The position numbers were made by a program, and so were the translations under genes. A stretch of DNA of 64,000 bases from Haplodiscus bocki (taxonomy: Eukaryota), in assembly GCA_965655095.1 (NCBI GenBank), contig OZ296649.1, positions 6,944,001-7,008,000 on the forward strand, in the 5' to 3' direction. Numbering within the stretch: position 1 is the stretch's first letter; every line of letters starts with the position of its first letter. Below, one piece after another: positions 29,501-41,611 of this stretch. A model generated the notes under the pieces. That model worked only from the letters and a program-made list of their open reading frames with translations. It was not told where the DNA came from and did no database searches.

Positions 29501-30254
29501 TACAACGCCATAAATTTTTTGAAATATGTAAAACCGGGAGCAATATCCATGGTGAAGATTTGATTTTTTACTGTTCGTTTACGTTTAGCAGACATACCCG
29601 TAGCAATATTTGTCTGTATGGAAACATTATTAAAAAGTTTTGTATCTGTTTTTTCATCTGATCGATTGTATTGATCTTTGCAATTTTTAGAATAAATTCT
29701 GAAGTGGATTCAAAGGTACCTGGTTTAGTAGAATGACGACATGATTCATGTTCAGTATCACTTTCTGTGACTGATCCTTTTGTAGATTTGTTTGGTTTAA
29801 TCGTTGATTGTGTTCGAGTCTCGTGATCCAACCGTTTCATCTTTCTTTCAGTTTGCTATTTGAGAGCTTATTTTTCGTAGGCTCCAATAGGCAAGGTTAA
29901 ATCGTGAAATCTACTCCATTCAGAGGAGGGTAAAAGAATTCATTGTTATCCCGCGAAAAGCGGGATATTGCAATCACCTTCGTGTGTCTGTTTGTCTGTT
30001 TGTTTGTTTGTTTGTTAGCAGGATTTCTCATAAACTACTGGTCGGATTTTGACGAAATTTGGTGAGTAGGGAGGTAATGATCATAGGAAGACGGAGTTCA
30101 AAGTTGGGCGTGATCCGAATTGAAATCCGGATCTGAGATCCGGCTAAATGTTTCTCATGAACTACTGGTCGGATTTTTGGATCAGGATTTCAATCAGATC
30201 CAGGATAATAGTAATCTGACAATAGTAATCTGATAAGAGTAATCAGATGCGTAC

Positions 30255-30328
30255 GGCCCTCTAGCTCAGTCGGTAAGAGCATTGTCCTAAAAACGCGAGG
30301 GTTGAGAGTTCGAACCTCTGTGTGGCCA
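30255..30328 (+). tRNA. tRNA-Ile(AAT)-derived pseudo-tRNA, anticodon AAA (copy 1)
   Basis: 74 nt; A box TAGCTCAGTCGGTA, B box GTTCGAACC, T6 downstream; anticodon stem mismatch (ttgtc). Confidence 0.6.
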
Positions 30329-30396
30329 AAATTTTTTGTTAATTTGATAAAAATAATCTGATAATAGTAATCTGATAAGATTAATCAGATGCGTAC

Positions 30397-30470
30397 GGCC
30401 CTCTAGCTCAGTCGGTAAGAGCATTGTGCTAAAAACGCGACGGTCGAGAGTTCGAATCTCTGTGTGGTCA
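30397..30470 (+). tRNA. tRNA-Ile(AAT)-derived pseudo-tRNA, anticodon AAA (copy 2)
   Basis: Cloverleaf with GCTC/GAGC D stem, TTGTG-CTAAAAA-CGCGA anticodon arm, GTTCGAATC B box, T6 downstream. Confidence 0.62.
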
Positions 30471-30538
30471 AAATTTTTTGTTAAACTGATAATAGTAATC
30501 TGATAATAGTAATCTGATATTAGTAATCAGATAAGTAC

Positions 30539-30612
30539 GGACCTATACCTCAGTCGGTAAGAGCATTGTGCTAAAAACGCGAGGGTCGAGAGTTCGAAAC
30601 TCTGTGTGGCCA
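30539..30612 (+). tRNA. tRNA-derived pseudo-tRNA, anticodon AAA (copy 3)
   Basis: Same unit 142 bp downstream of copy 2; substitutions in the A box and acceptor stem. Confidence 0.55.
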
Positions 30613-30829
30613 AAATTTTTTGTTTGTCTGTTTATTTGTTTGTTTGTTTGTTAGCAGAATTTCTCAAAATAGGAGGTATTGTATATCAACGACTGGGTTA
30701 CGGTCCAGGATTTCATGTTGGATCCTGATAACAGTTATCCGGATATCCTGATTGTATCAGGATTTCAATCAGATCGAGGATAATAGTAATCTGACAATAG
30801 TAGTCTGATAAGAGTAATCACATTAGTAC

Positions 30830-30903
30830 GGCCCAATAGCTCAGTCGGTAAAAGCATTGTGCTAAAAACGCGACGGTCGAGAGTTCGAACCTCTGTGTGG
30901 GGA
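30830..30903 (+). tRNA. tRNA-derived pseudo-tRNA, anticodon AAA (copy 4)
   Basis: Same unit; 3' acceptor strand degenerate (tgtgggga). Confidence 0.5.
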
Positions 30904-30971
30904 AAAGATTTTGTTAATCTGATAATAGTAATCTTATAATAGTAATCTGATATTAGTAATCACATGCGTAC

Positions 30972-31045
30972 GGCCCTATAGCTCAGTCGGTAAGAGCATT
31001 GTGCTAAAAACGCGAGGGTCGACAGTTCGAAACTCTGTGTGTCCA
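30972..31045 (+). tRNA. tRNA-derived pseudo-tRNA, anticodon AAA (copy 5)
   Basis: Same unit; intact D and anticodon arms, T7 downstream. Confidence 0.55.
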
Positions 31046-31271
31046 AAATTTTTTTGTTTGTCTGTTTGTTTGTTTGTTCGTTTGTTTGTTTGTTAGCAGG
31101 ATTTCTCAAAATAGGAGGTATTGTATATCAACGACTGGGTTACGGTCCAGGATTTCATGTTGGATCCTGATAACAGTTATCCGGAGATCCTGATTGGATC
31201 AGGATTTCAATCATATCCAGCATAATAGTAATCTGACAATAGTAATCGGATAAGAGTAATCACACTAGTAC

Positions 31272-31345
31272 GGCTCAATAACTCAGTCGGTAAGAGCCTT
31301 GTGCTAAAAATGCGACGGTCGAGAGTTCGAACCTCTGTGTGGCCA
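31272..31345 (+). tRNA. tRNA-derived pseudo-tRNA, anticodon AAA (copy 6)
   Basis: Same unit with several substitutions. Confidence 0.5.
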
Positions 31346-31399
31346 AAAATTCTTGTTAATCTGATAATAGTAATCTGATATTAGTAATCAGATTAGTAC

Positions 31400-31473
31400 G
31401 GCCCTATAGCTCAGTCGGTAAGAGAATTGTGCTAAAAACGCTAGGGTCGAGAGTTCGAACCTCTGTGTGGCCA
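31400..31473 (+). tRNA. tRNA-derived pseudo-tRNA, anticodon AAA (copy 7)
   Basis: Same unit; intact A box and GTTCGAACC B box, T6 downstream. Confidence 0.55.
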
Positions 31474-31784
31474 AAATTTTTTGTTTGTCTGTTTGTTTGT
31501 TTGTTTGGCGAGGGAAAGATTAAGGGCTTTCGCGGGATCTGCGCTCTCCGAGTGCCATTTTCTAGTTTGATTCTGTAATGTTACAAATACATTTGTAACC
31601 ATTGCGAAATATAACAGCTCTTCTGAAGTCTTCGTTCAATGTGTCGAGTGGTGGTTCGAAATTTTCTTCATGTGTTACTTTTTCAGTTCAAATGGTATGT
31701 TTTCTGTTTGTTGAAGACGAAAAATAAAGGAAATTACCTGGATACCTTATGAAGTGTTATTCGGATACTCACTCAATGTTCCTA

Positions 31785-32035
31785 GTTCTGCTGATCCTGA
31801 TTCTGAATTTTTGAGCTCCGATTCTCCTTTTTTGAGATCTGATCCTGACTCTGGTTTCTGATTCTGATCCTGGTATGGAAATCGGATCATCATATTTAAT
31901 CCTGATTGTATTTGCGATTCTCATCCTGATGTTTGATGTTGATTTCGATATCTGATTTTGATTTTTGATTTTCAATTCTGAACTTGATCCTGATTTTGCT
32001 ATCTAATGCGTATTTCTGGTTCTGGTTTTCTGATA
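31785..32035. repeat. Degenerate hexamer repeat (TGATYC/TGATTT-like)
   Basis: ctgatcctgattctga...tctgatcctgactctggtttctgattctgatcctgg...tctgattttgatttttgatttt. Confidence 0.7.
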
Positions 32036-35000
32036 CTTGTTTATGATTTTTTGACCAGCGGAGCGAAGCTTCTTCGCACAAGGACACGTCAAAATGATTT
32101 CGTTTTTTTCCCGCCCGTGACATCCCTCTACGTTTCATCTCTTTAAATATGTTTTTCTCGGTGCCTATTGATCGAATTTTTCGATTTTTCTGTGAACACT
32201 ACGACCGGTTCCCGATCTATCTTTTTCTAGTTTTTCGACAGCCGAATTTTTCACTGGTTAGTCATCAGCGAAAAGAGTTTCGATTTTCGGATTTTTTAGA
32301 AAGCCAAGGCCATTTTTTAGTTCTGCCTCGACAATAGGCTAGGAAATCCTTATGTTTTCCAACTAACCGGTGAAACACCATTCACATGAACAGCTTGCTC
32401 TGATACTTTGCCAAGTTCTTTTTCTCATCCAGTCTTCGCCAAAAAAACCTCAAATTTTTGAAATTTGCAGAAATAAATTTGACAATCGCCATTACCCACT
32501 TCGTTTCTTAACTTCGACGCTCATTTTCTACAAACGCAATTTGGAGACCGTTTGTATATTGTTTACTTGCATTGACAAAGTGGTAATTGACCGGAATCCT
32601 CATTTTCGGTGGGTGAAAGTTTTATGCCGGCGAGCTTTTGGTGAAAACAATTGAAGTCCCAGGTTTTGTCAGAAGGCAAGTATTACTTTGTCGCACTTCT
32701 CTGAATTAGTAGCCCATGTATGGGATCCAAATGCTGGTTAAGTGGCGGGGTATGAAGCGTTAATTGCATTCAGTTTTGAGCCGAAAGTTTTGGGATTGTT
32801 TGACAAGATTTTGGCCGAAAACTTCCTAGAAAAAATCGAGGTCTCAATAAATTTCTGCGTTATGTAAAATTTAGCGCGTTCAGCGTGCCTCAAAGTGATG
32901 CATTTTTTTGAAGTGCAGAACAGATTAAGCATTGTGTCTGGCAGTGGGGTTTCAAGCAAATTTCGACTCCGAGCGAACTTTTCTGACTGATTTTTTGCCG
33001 AAAATTGTCAAAAAGTAGGTTTCTTTAAGACTTGTCGACTATTCCACAGACTTTTTATCCTGTTGTACAAACTATAACATTAAACTACGCTCAGTGACAA
33101 TCATTGCCTCTGCTGCAGAAGTTGTCGAGAGCTTGTTAGGGTACGCTTGGTCGTGGATTGATTGTCCGGCCAAGGTACTCTTTAGATGTAGGGCAATTAT
33201 TTTGATTTGTTTTTGCTCTTTGCGATAAATTGCTGCGACTCTTCTTACCTGAAAAAATGCCTCGGGTGTGCGTCTCCTAAAACAGTCAGCATCTTGTCAG
33301 TGTTCATATGACCTTCGGGTTGCGCGAGAAATCCTTTAGTCGAGTTTACTGAGAAATTGCATCGAGAAAGCATGGCTTTTGGTAAGATTTTTTGTTTCCT
33401 GGTTCGTTTTTTTTTTACTTAATGCCCTTGTTGTCAACTTTTGCAATCTTGCTGCTCTGAGACTGCACCTACAAAACAGCGACTGGCTTTTGTGGACTTT
33501 CGAGATGGCAAATTTTTCTCTTTCGGCTTACTTTTTTTGTTTGAACTTATGATAGTTACCGCTATTTTTTTTGTTGTTCTCTGCCTTGTCTCCCCGAATT
33601 TTGCTACATGCTCTATGGCATCGCTTACCCTTGTGGTTAGCGATCTAATTAAGAGGTTAAGCACCTTCGCGAGCCTTGCGCTAACCACCTTAGCGCCTAT
33701 GTTTCAATATCTGATTGTAGTTTTCGTTCTGGATTTTGATTGCCCCTTCAGATTTTAGATTTCCGTTTGATACACATTGATTATCAACACAGCAGTATCG
33801 AATTCTTGTTGAGAAATTACACCCTATCGTCCTAATTTGTCCTTTGTATGACTGGTCTCGTGTAATGTATCTGATGACCTGTTTTCAATCCAAAAAGTAC
33901 TTTCAGCCTTGTCCATAAATTGTTTGGGCTGCACGAAATATATTTAGCTCCACTGCCTTCTCGTCAGATTCAATTTCTTGTTCTAAGAGTTTCATTGGAG
34001 CCATTTCTTTGGTTTTAATTATATTCTTTGTCTCTTGATCTGCCCGGTAAAATTCTCTTCCTTTCATTATATCGAGCTTATTTCCTATCTTAGGATTTTC
34101 TATGATCAACGTCAATGGCTTGTTATACCCTTGAATGTTGATTTCATCATCATCAATATTCTCAAGTTTCGTTCTAGGATCAGTTAGAAGCGGAAATAAC
34201 ATAATCCGTCACTTGGTGGGATTCATCCCCAAAAAATCATACCTTCAAGTCGTTGAAATGGTGTATTGTGGAAAACAAAATTGTTTGCATTACAGTGAGT
34301 GAATTTTAATTGAATGTTGGTAGATTTCCCAGCATTGCTGTTAAAGGATTTGCTATGGAAGAGAAGACTTATTGTATTTCTTCTTTTTTGAGTACCTCGG
34401 CTCATTTTTGCAATAGCGTTTTTGATTCTTTTATAGCAATTTTGATGGTTTGGACAAGCTTTCCTGATTAGATTTTTGGGCATACAAAGTTCTGCGTTAA
34501 TTTCTGTTGTTTTTTCGAAGCCTGTTGCTTATCAAAAGCGTTGATTGGATTCAAGCTCATTTTTTTGAAAGTATATGTGTTTTAGCAATGTGAATTTGAT
34601 TGAATTTTTTCTTGAATTAGCTGTCTTGCAACCAGGTGAATTAATGACGAAAGTATATTCTGTTGAAACAATATCTGAAGAGATATTTATACTCTTTCTT
34701 TTACATGAGAATGCTACTTTTCTGATGACATAAATGTTCAATGTTGCAGATAACCTCACTTGCGAATGCTTGTGCTTGTATAGTGTTTACCTTTGCCCTC
34801 ATTGTTTTTTGGTGTAGCTCATGATAACCAAGACAAATAACAAAATGATGAGTTCTCACTTTTGCTCTTTTTGGAAAACATTTGTATTCCTCTGTTTTTG
34901 ATCTCTTGTCATGATAAATGTTCTGGAATGATGATTGAAGGCGGTTATTGGTTTGAATATTTCAGGCAACTAATGTCTTCATATGCTGCTTTCTCTGTTG

Positions 35001-37879
35001 TTAATAGTTCAAGAATTAAGTTTACTGTCTTCTACAAATTTATCTGGAATGGTTCTCATCTCCATTTGTGTTTTGTCTCTCCTTGTCATATTGTTTCATC
35101 ATAACGAAATTAATTGTCTACGTTCCACGCACTTTTACAAAAATTGGTAACTGTTTGGATGAATTGATAGACTGAAATTTTGAAGTTTACTGTGGTCTCG
35201 TAAGTACTTGAAGAAAATACGGATCATCAGAGTTGTTTCGCAACATCCAGAGGAACCGGAATTAGTTCAAAACGGCTGCCAATGTTACTCTAAGGAAGGA
35301 TCTCCCTTATTGAATTGTTTACATCAGTCCAATCATTTAGTTTTGGTGGTTTTTCCGATAAATTACTTGAACAAAATAGACCTGCTCAGTAATGTCATTG
35401 TTTTTTCTGATATTTGTTTTTGGCTTTTCCCATCTTTTGCTGTGTTGTTTGTGACATATGATGGATGGAGATCCTGGCAGCCCTGTTAGAGTATCTGAAA
35501 CGGTTAGAAAAACCTGCATGCTGCTTTTTTTCGTGTTTTTCCTGGTGCCGTTTATTTTGAGTCTGTCCACAGCATAAAATAAAATTGGTTTGCGTTATCA
35601 GTGAGAGCATTAATGTTATTATGTCTTATGCATTGCTGCATGTCCGGAATGTAGAAGATCTCCATTTTCTTTTCTCGATAGTTCGTTCTCGAGTTGGCAT
35701 TTGTTCATGCTTTCTTTTCTAGTTTTGAATGGCTTGGTGTTTGATCTTTCGATAACTGTTTCATTCTTAAAATTTGTCGGTTTCATTTGTCTGTTTTTGG
35801 TAGAGATCATTATTGGGGTGTTTCATTCATATCTTTTATTCCAAATAAATGCGAATCAATGTTTTTGGAAATTTTGGTGGTGATTCTGATTAACAGCATA
35901 GGTTCAATTTTGTAACTGCACCATAAGTTTTGATAAAAGTACATTCGATTAGATCAGATGCTGAAGCGGATTTCAAAATAAACATTCATCTACTGATCAT
36001 ATCGAACTTAACTCAACTGCATCAGAACTTATAGTAAATCAATAACTATGTAGTACAATGACCTCCTTAAACAGTTATGCTTGTTCGATTTGTTCACTGG
36101 TTTTCCGTTGGCGCAATTGTTGCGATGGACAGCTTGCCTTTGTGTGAAAGTGTAGTTCGATGTTACTAGAAAAGCATAGATTTATCATAATATGTTTGGT
36201 ATAACGTTTTCCAGATGAATGTGTACTATGCGTCTTTTCACATGGTTAATTGACTTTGATAACTAAAGAATAGTGAGAAACAATCCAGGTAATTTTTGAA
36301 GATGATAGCTTAGATGGAAGAGAACGAAAACCAGTAACCCAAATTGCTGTTAAAGATGAAAATGTCGTTTATATGGAGTACTTGACGAACTATTCGAAAT
36401 ACATCAAGAAACAATTCGCTGGTACTGTTTCAGCATACTTGAATAAAAGTTCACTCAATTCAACCAACAGGGAAAGCGGCGAAGAGGAAATGGTATCATT
36501 TGCTGAGCAGGAGCTGAGTTTTGATCTTAAAAATTTCACTGTTGTAATGTCTGATCAACCTTTTTTGACAGATAATCGCAAGATTCAGAATGTGACAAGT
36601 TTAAAAGAGAACTTCAAGAAATTACAATCAGAACGGGAGACTTTTCCAAGAGAAGATAATTCCGAAAAAAAACATGAAACATATTTCAAACTACATAAAA
36701 TTTTACTACTATCACAAATTACAGATTTTGCTCCTGTTCAATAATACTGTTTGACTATGCAGGAGCAACGTCTTCTGGACTGCCAGTCGGAGGAATAACC
36801 TTCTCGGGAGCCATAGCAACTGGCCCTTTAGCAACAGGTAGTGGAAATACTGGTGGTATGAGTGTGTTGAACAGAAAAATGACAAATCTAGCAGAAGAAA
36901 TTCTCCATAGAGAGGAACAGCATACAAAATAAACCAAGTTTTAATCAACTGTATTTTGATGCTTTGGAAGATTCTGCCATCGATGTGAAAGAATATGGAA
37001 ATTTCATGGGATAGTAAGATGAATACATGCAATTTTAGAAAAACAAATTCAAAGGTTTAGGAGAAATAAACACCTAAAAATGTAACCTCTTTCAGAATTA
37101 CAATACACGTCACATTTAATCTGATTTCTTATCTTTTTTCTAGCTTTTGGTTATGCTCTGTCAGCTCCTCCTGAATATTCTATGCATTAGATGCATCAAA
37201 CATATTGTATAGGTGGTAGAAAAACGGTGGAACTATAATTTCGTAGATACATGGTACAATTCACTTGAGAACCAAAAAAGCAATTTGATCTTAATGGTGG
37301 TAAGTTTATCATATGTGGTCGAATGAACTCTCAAATTTTAACAAAATGATTGGTTAACAACACACGGTGAGAGATTTTTTAAAAAAACTGGCCAGTGAAA
37401 GAATAAAGATACTTCTCCTATATTTACTCAATCTTGGTCTGATATTACCAAAAACTACTATTCTGAGATTGGTTAATGCTTATAGTAACAAGGGCCGTGG
37501 TTGTCAACATGGAACACTCCAAGACTAGTGATTTCAACAGCTGTAGCAGAAGACAGAGTTACCAAACGCAGCTGCATCGACTGGTAATATCCTTAAGACT
37601 GTTACTGGAGGATCTTTGAGAGGTTCCATTGGTGGCCAGATCAGTATCGGTACCTTAATTGATGAATCAAGACCTGCCAAGTAAATGCCGTTGCTTGCAG
37701 CATTATCTTCTGACTCCGTTGGAACGGAGCAATATAATGTTTCTGTACTGGAATGTACAAGTCGAAACCGGTAGTTTCACTTGTGAAGAATGCTACGATG
37801 AAAAAGAAAAACAACTATGTTTATAATAAATGTGCTAAATATTTAGTTTTCAATAAAGATGTTTATCCCGGGAATTATC

Positions 37880-39060
37880 TCGAATTGTAATTTGAAATTC
37901 ATTTTTCTTTTCCATGTTCTCCCAGTGTTCTTTTTTTTTCTCGAAGACTGTCGATTGGAAAGCAACGATGGAATGATCTTTCAAAAGCCCACAGTAAGAA
38001 GAGTCTCTCAAGTTGCAGGGACATAGCTTTTCATATTTTTTCCAACGAAATACTTATCGTTTGAAATTCTCAAGTTTTTTTCACTTGCGTGTCCTCCCAA
38101 AGTTTCTTTTCTCGAAGACTGCCGTCTGAGTTGCCTCAGTGGGAAGATCATTTGAAAGCCCACAGTTTAAAGTCTTCGAAAAATAGGGATGTAGCGTTTT
38201 GTACTTTTGCTGGTAATATTGTTCATTTGTAATTTGAAATGCACAATTTTAACTTGGGTCTTTCTTCAAAGTTGTTGCCCGGTGACGACTGGTTGGATTG
38301 GCACAATCGAGGGCTCATTACAAAGCCTGATTTATGGAGAATTTGTTGAGTAGCAGGGATGTCCTGTTTTATGCTTTTGCCGAGAGTTATCTTGAATTGT
38401 AATTTGAAATTCGATTTGTTTTTTGTTTAATCTTCCGGAGGTCTTTTTCTCGGAGACTACCGGTTGGGTTGCCAACCTTAGGTGGTCTTTCAAAACCCAA
38501 TAGGTTTGAAGAGTCTCCGAAGTTAGCATTGATGTAGCTTTTCGTACTTTTTTCGAGGAATATCTAGTCTTGTAATTTCGAAGTTCTTTTCCACTTGCCT
38601 GTTGTTCCAAAGTTGCTTTTTTCGGACATTGCAGGTTGAATTGCTCCGATTGAGTAATCATTCAAAAACTCACCGTGTTAAAAGTCTCTGAAGTAGCTGG
38701 ATTGGATTGTAACATTTTGTGCTTTTGAAGAGAAATGACTTGCATTTTGAAACATGAAATTTCTACTTGCATCTTCTTTCAAAGCTGTTTCTCTCGGATA
38801 CTTCCGGAATATAGACTCTGCGGAATAGCAGGGTTGTCCTTTTTTCCTTTTCCCAAGGATTAACTTGACTTATAGTTTGAATTATAAAAATTCTACATCC
38901 GTCTTTTGTCAAAGTTGTTTGTCTCGGAGACTACCGATTGGATTGCAAACATCGATTGCTCTTTCAAAAGCCTGGACTAGAGAGTCTGCGGAATAGCAGA
39001 GATATCCTTGCTGTTTTTCCCCGCTAAGTGCCGTGACTTGTAGTTCAAAATTTTTGCATG
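37880..39060. repeat. Old diverged tandem repeat, ~171-bp period, ~7 units
   Basis: ctcg(a/g)agact-like anchor near 37940, 38111, 38282, 38449, 38621, 38793, 38923, with recurring tttcaaaagccc, agagtctc, gcaggga and atttgaaatt blocks. Confidence 0.7.
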
Positions 39061-39365
39061 TGTCCTTACAATGTCGTTTTTCAGCGACTTGTGTGGCAAC
39101 CTGTTTCTCTAAATTGCTATAACGAGCCCATAAGAATCTAATGAGAAGCTTCCGTCGAGTGGAAATTAGTTCATGACGTTCCTCAGTTTTGCCGCAATTT
39201 TTAGCGAAGCGCAGCTTCGTCTCTATTTTCACCTGACATCCGCTTCGAATACGTGTTGAAGCTAGATCTCAGAGTGCAACAAAAGCCTTTCAGATAATTT
39301 TTTCATCGACCCTTTTATGGCTTCTTCCCTAATTTTGCGGACGAGTTTATATGGTGTGCTTCGCG

Positions 39366-39667
39366 TAGTTACGAAGTTGGTGAAAGTTGTACATATTGAA
39401 ACCTATCATGGCAAGTTTATTGATTTTAAATTCTGAAAAGTAGTTATAGAATGGGGATTTTAGATCCGGAAGAATCAACCCCCACTAGGGAGATTTTAAG
39501 ATATCGAGTGCAGCTAGTGGAGCGAGCAAATCAGATCTTCAAATCTTTCTAGCGGGGGTTAATGCTGTTGGGTCTAGAATGCATATTCTATAACTAATTT
39601 TTCGGAATTTAGAATCTAAAGAATGTGAATTCATAAGATGTTCATATTGAAAACGCATTCGTAACAT
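39366..39667. mobile_element. Fold-back / MITE-like palindromic element
   Basis: Left arm aaattctgaaaagtagttatagaatggggattttagatcc...aacccccactag..agattttaagat mirrors right arm atcttcaaatct..ctagcgggggtt...gggtctagaatgcatattctataactaatttttcggaattt; outer gttacgaa/ttcgtaac. Confidence 0.65.
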
Positions 39668-39946
39668 TTTGATGAAACCAAGATTGAGTTAATAATTTAA
39701 TTCATCTGCAGGATATAAAATAAATAACTCAATAAATTAAATTAGATAATTAACAATCCAATAGAAGAGACTTCCAAAGGGCTTAAGCCCGCTCAAGAGG
39801 AAGCTTCATATAATTAAACTTTCGAGGAGTGTCTAAAAATGTTCAAACATAAGGTAAATTACAATAAAAGAACAAAAGTCAATTTGATGATTCTCGTTTG
39901 CTTAATTGGCCTTTCGGTTTGACTGACTGATGTGATTGTGTTTCAG

Positions 39947-41406
39947 CTCTGGCTTCAGAGAAGCTTAACGGGAAAATTGCTGAGTTGCAGTTCTATTTGA
40001 AAGTGTACATCACCAATATTGTTCCCCTGGCGTCCGAGAAAGAAGGTTACTAATATTAGCTACTCAATACAATTCCAACTTACAGCAGAAAACGTTTATG
40101 CAGTTTCGACTGATTCAGGCTTCATTTTGAAGTGACCGAATATCTGGATAATCATTGTCGATTGAGTCAAATCGGATGAAATTAATTTTTGATGACTTGC
40201 GACTGCGAGTCATTTTAGGTCTCTGGTAGTCTTAATAATTACTGCTGTAATCAAAAACACAATAGTGGTAAAAAGAAACGCATCAAGGAACTGAAAATTG
40301 ACCTGATTTGAGAAATCCTATTGGTTAATTAAAATAAATACGCACATACCATTGGTTCAATTGAGACAATTTTTATTGATTTTGCACTTTTGCCTAAATT
40401 TGGGTGTGTTATAAAAATCTTTTCGCCAAACTGTTTCCTCCAAAAGAATCTCCTGAATCCACTGATACCTTTTAATAGCAAACTTATGTAGAGCTTTTCT
40501 ATATAAAAAAGAAGTTTTGAATTCGCCAATTTCAAAATTCTTTGTTTAAACATGTATATTCAGAAATCGTTAATTTGGGAGCTCCATATTTTTACCATCT
40601 CGAATTAATTTTTGATTCAAAGCATATTAGTGGCTTCAAGATATTCAGCGGAGTTTTTGAATATAAACTTTGTCGGAAAACAGTTCTGTAAGTGGCTCAA
40701 AAATGGAAAAAAAACCGTCAACTTGAGTCAAAATTATTCAAAATTGACTATTTGTAACTTTTGCAATTTTGACTGTAGACGTTTCAAACAACACCCATTG
40801 TAAACTAGATAGAATTCTAAGAAACTTTTAGTAAAGGCATTTTTCGAAAAATCTTAATGGTTTTTGTGATATTCGAATTTGAGATTTTCCTGTGATGCTT
40901 TTATTTTTAACACTACTAATTTGAAAATTTTAACTCAGCGTGCGTCCTGTTTGTGTTCAGAAAAGTAGATCGTTGTTACTACTTTTGAAGGTAATGCTGC
41001 TGCAGACACAAATAAAGAGCATGCTCTGAAAGATTTCTACTTCGAGTGTGTAGAGAACCAGTTGGGAGGAGTGGTTCGCCAGAAGACTGCCCCAAAAAGT
41101 TACTCGACTTGCAAGAAAGGATTTTTTTCTGCGCCCATGGACACTGAGGTCTTCCTCAACGGCATGCCCGAGCATCTCAACTTCGTGTTGGCCGCTGACC
41201 GAAATGAGCAGAAGAATTCGGCTATTGCGCAATTCAAAATATCTCCACTTTCATCATCGGTCGCGGAGAAATCTTCAGGTTCCAGGAAGGACAGTGGGGA
41301 CAAAGTTACATCTCGCTTCGAAGATGAAATGAAGTTTGAAGTCGATGTCGACAAGGTTGGAACTATCACTGTCCTGATTCATTCCCGAAAGCTATCCATG
41401 AATTAA
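39947..41406 (+). pseudogene. Possible two-exon gene fragment (39947-40045 + 40961-41406), beta-rich, loosely C2-domain-like; one in-frame TAG
   Basis: Both segments follow ttcag acceptors; a phase-1 join gives LASEKLNGKIAELQFYLKVYITNIVPLASEKEEK*IVVTTFEG...; the frame is stop-free from 40969 to the stop at 41406 and more GC-rich than its flanks. Donor gttact is weak. Confidence 0.35.
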
Positions 41407-41611
41407 TCAAGTTATTAAACTGATTTCAAATTAAAATTGCGGTTAAAATACTGCCTCATGCTGTTAGGGTCACAGCTCGATTGATTTGCGGCGTGTTGTT
41501 TGTTCTTACCTCTAATCACTCAGCCTCCATCATTGGACGGAAACAATTACAAATTCAATTTTCCGCTTCTATAGTCCTTGCCAAACGAGTTAATTCTAAA
41601 CGGCGGTTTTT

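Larger units (their letters stand above)
29946..31567 (+). mobile_element. Non-autonomous Helentron-associated element (HINE / DINE-1-like)
   Basis: 5' hairpin tatcccgc-gaaaa-gcgggata; subterminal inverted repeats atcccgcgaaa (29948-29958) / tttcgcgggat (31528-31538); (GTCT/GTTT)n microsatellite after the 5' end; 3' stem-loop gcgctc-tcc-gagtgc (31541-31555); ends ctagtt; T-run junctions, no TSD. Confidence 0.8.

Noticed and set aside
30255-31473. Functional tRNA-Phe gene cluster
   Set aside because: Ile-type body, stem mismatches, copy-specific decay and location inside a transposon.
30180-31510. CRISPR-like repeat-spacer array
   Set aside because: Spacers are copies of each other, the repeats are tRNA-derived, there are no cas genes and the context is eukaryotic.
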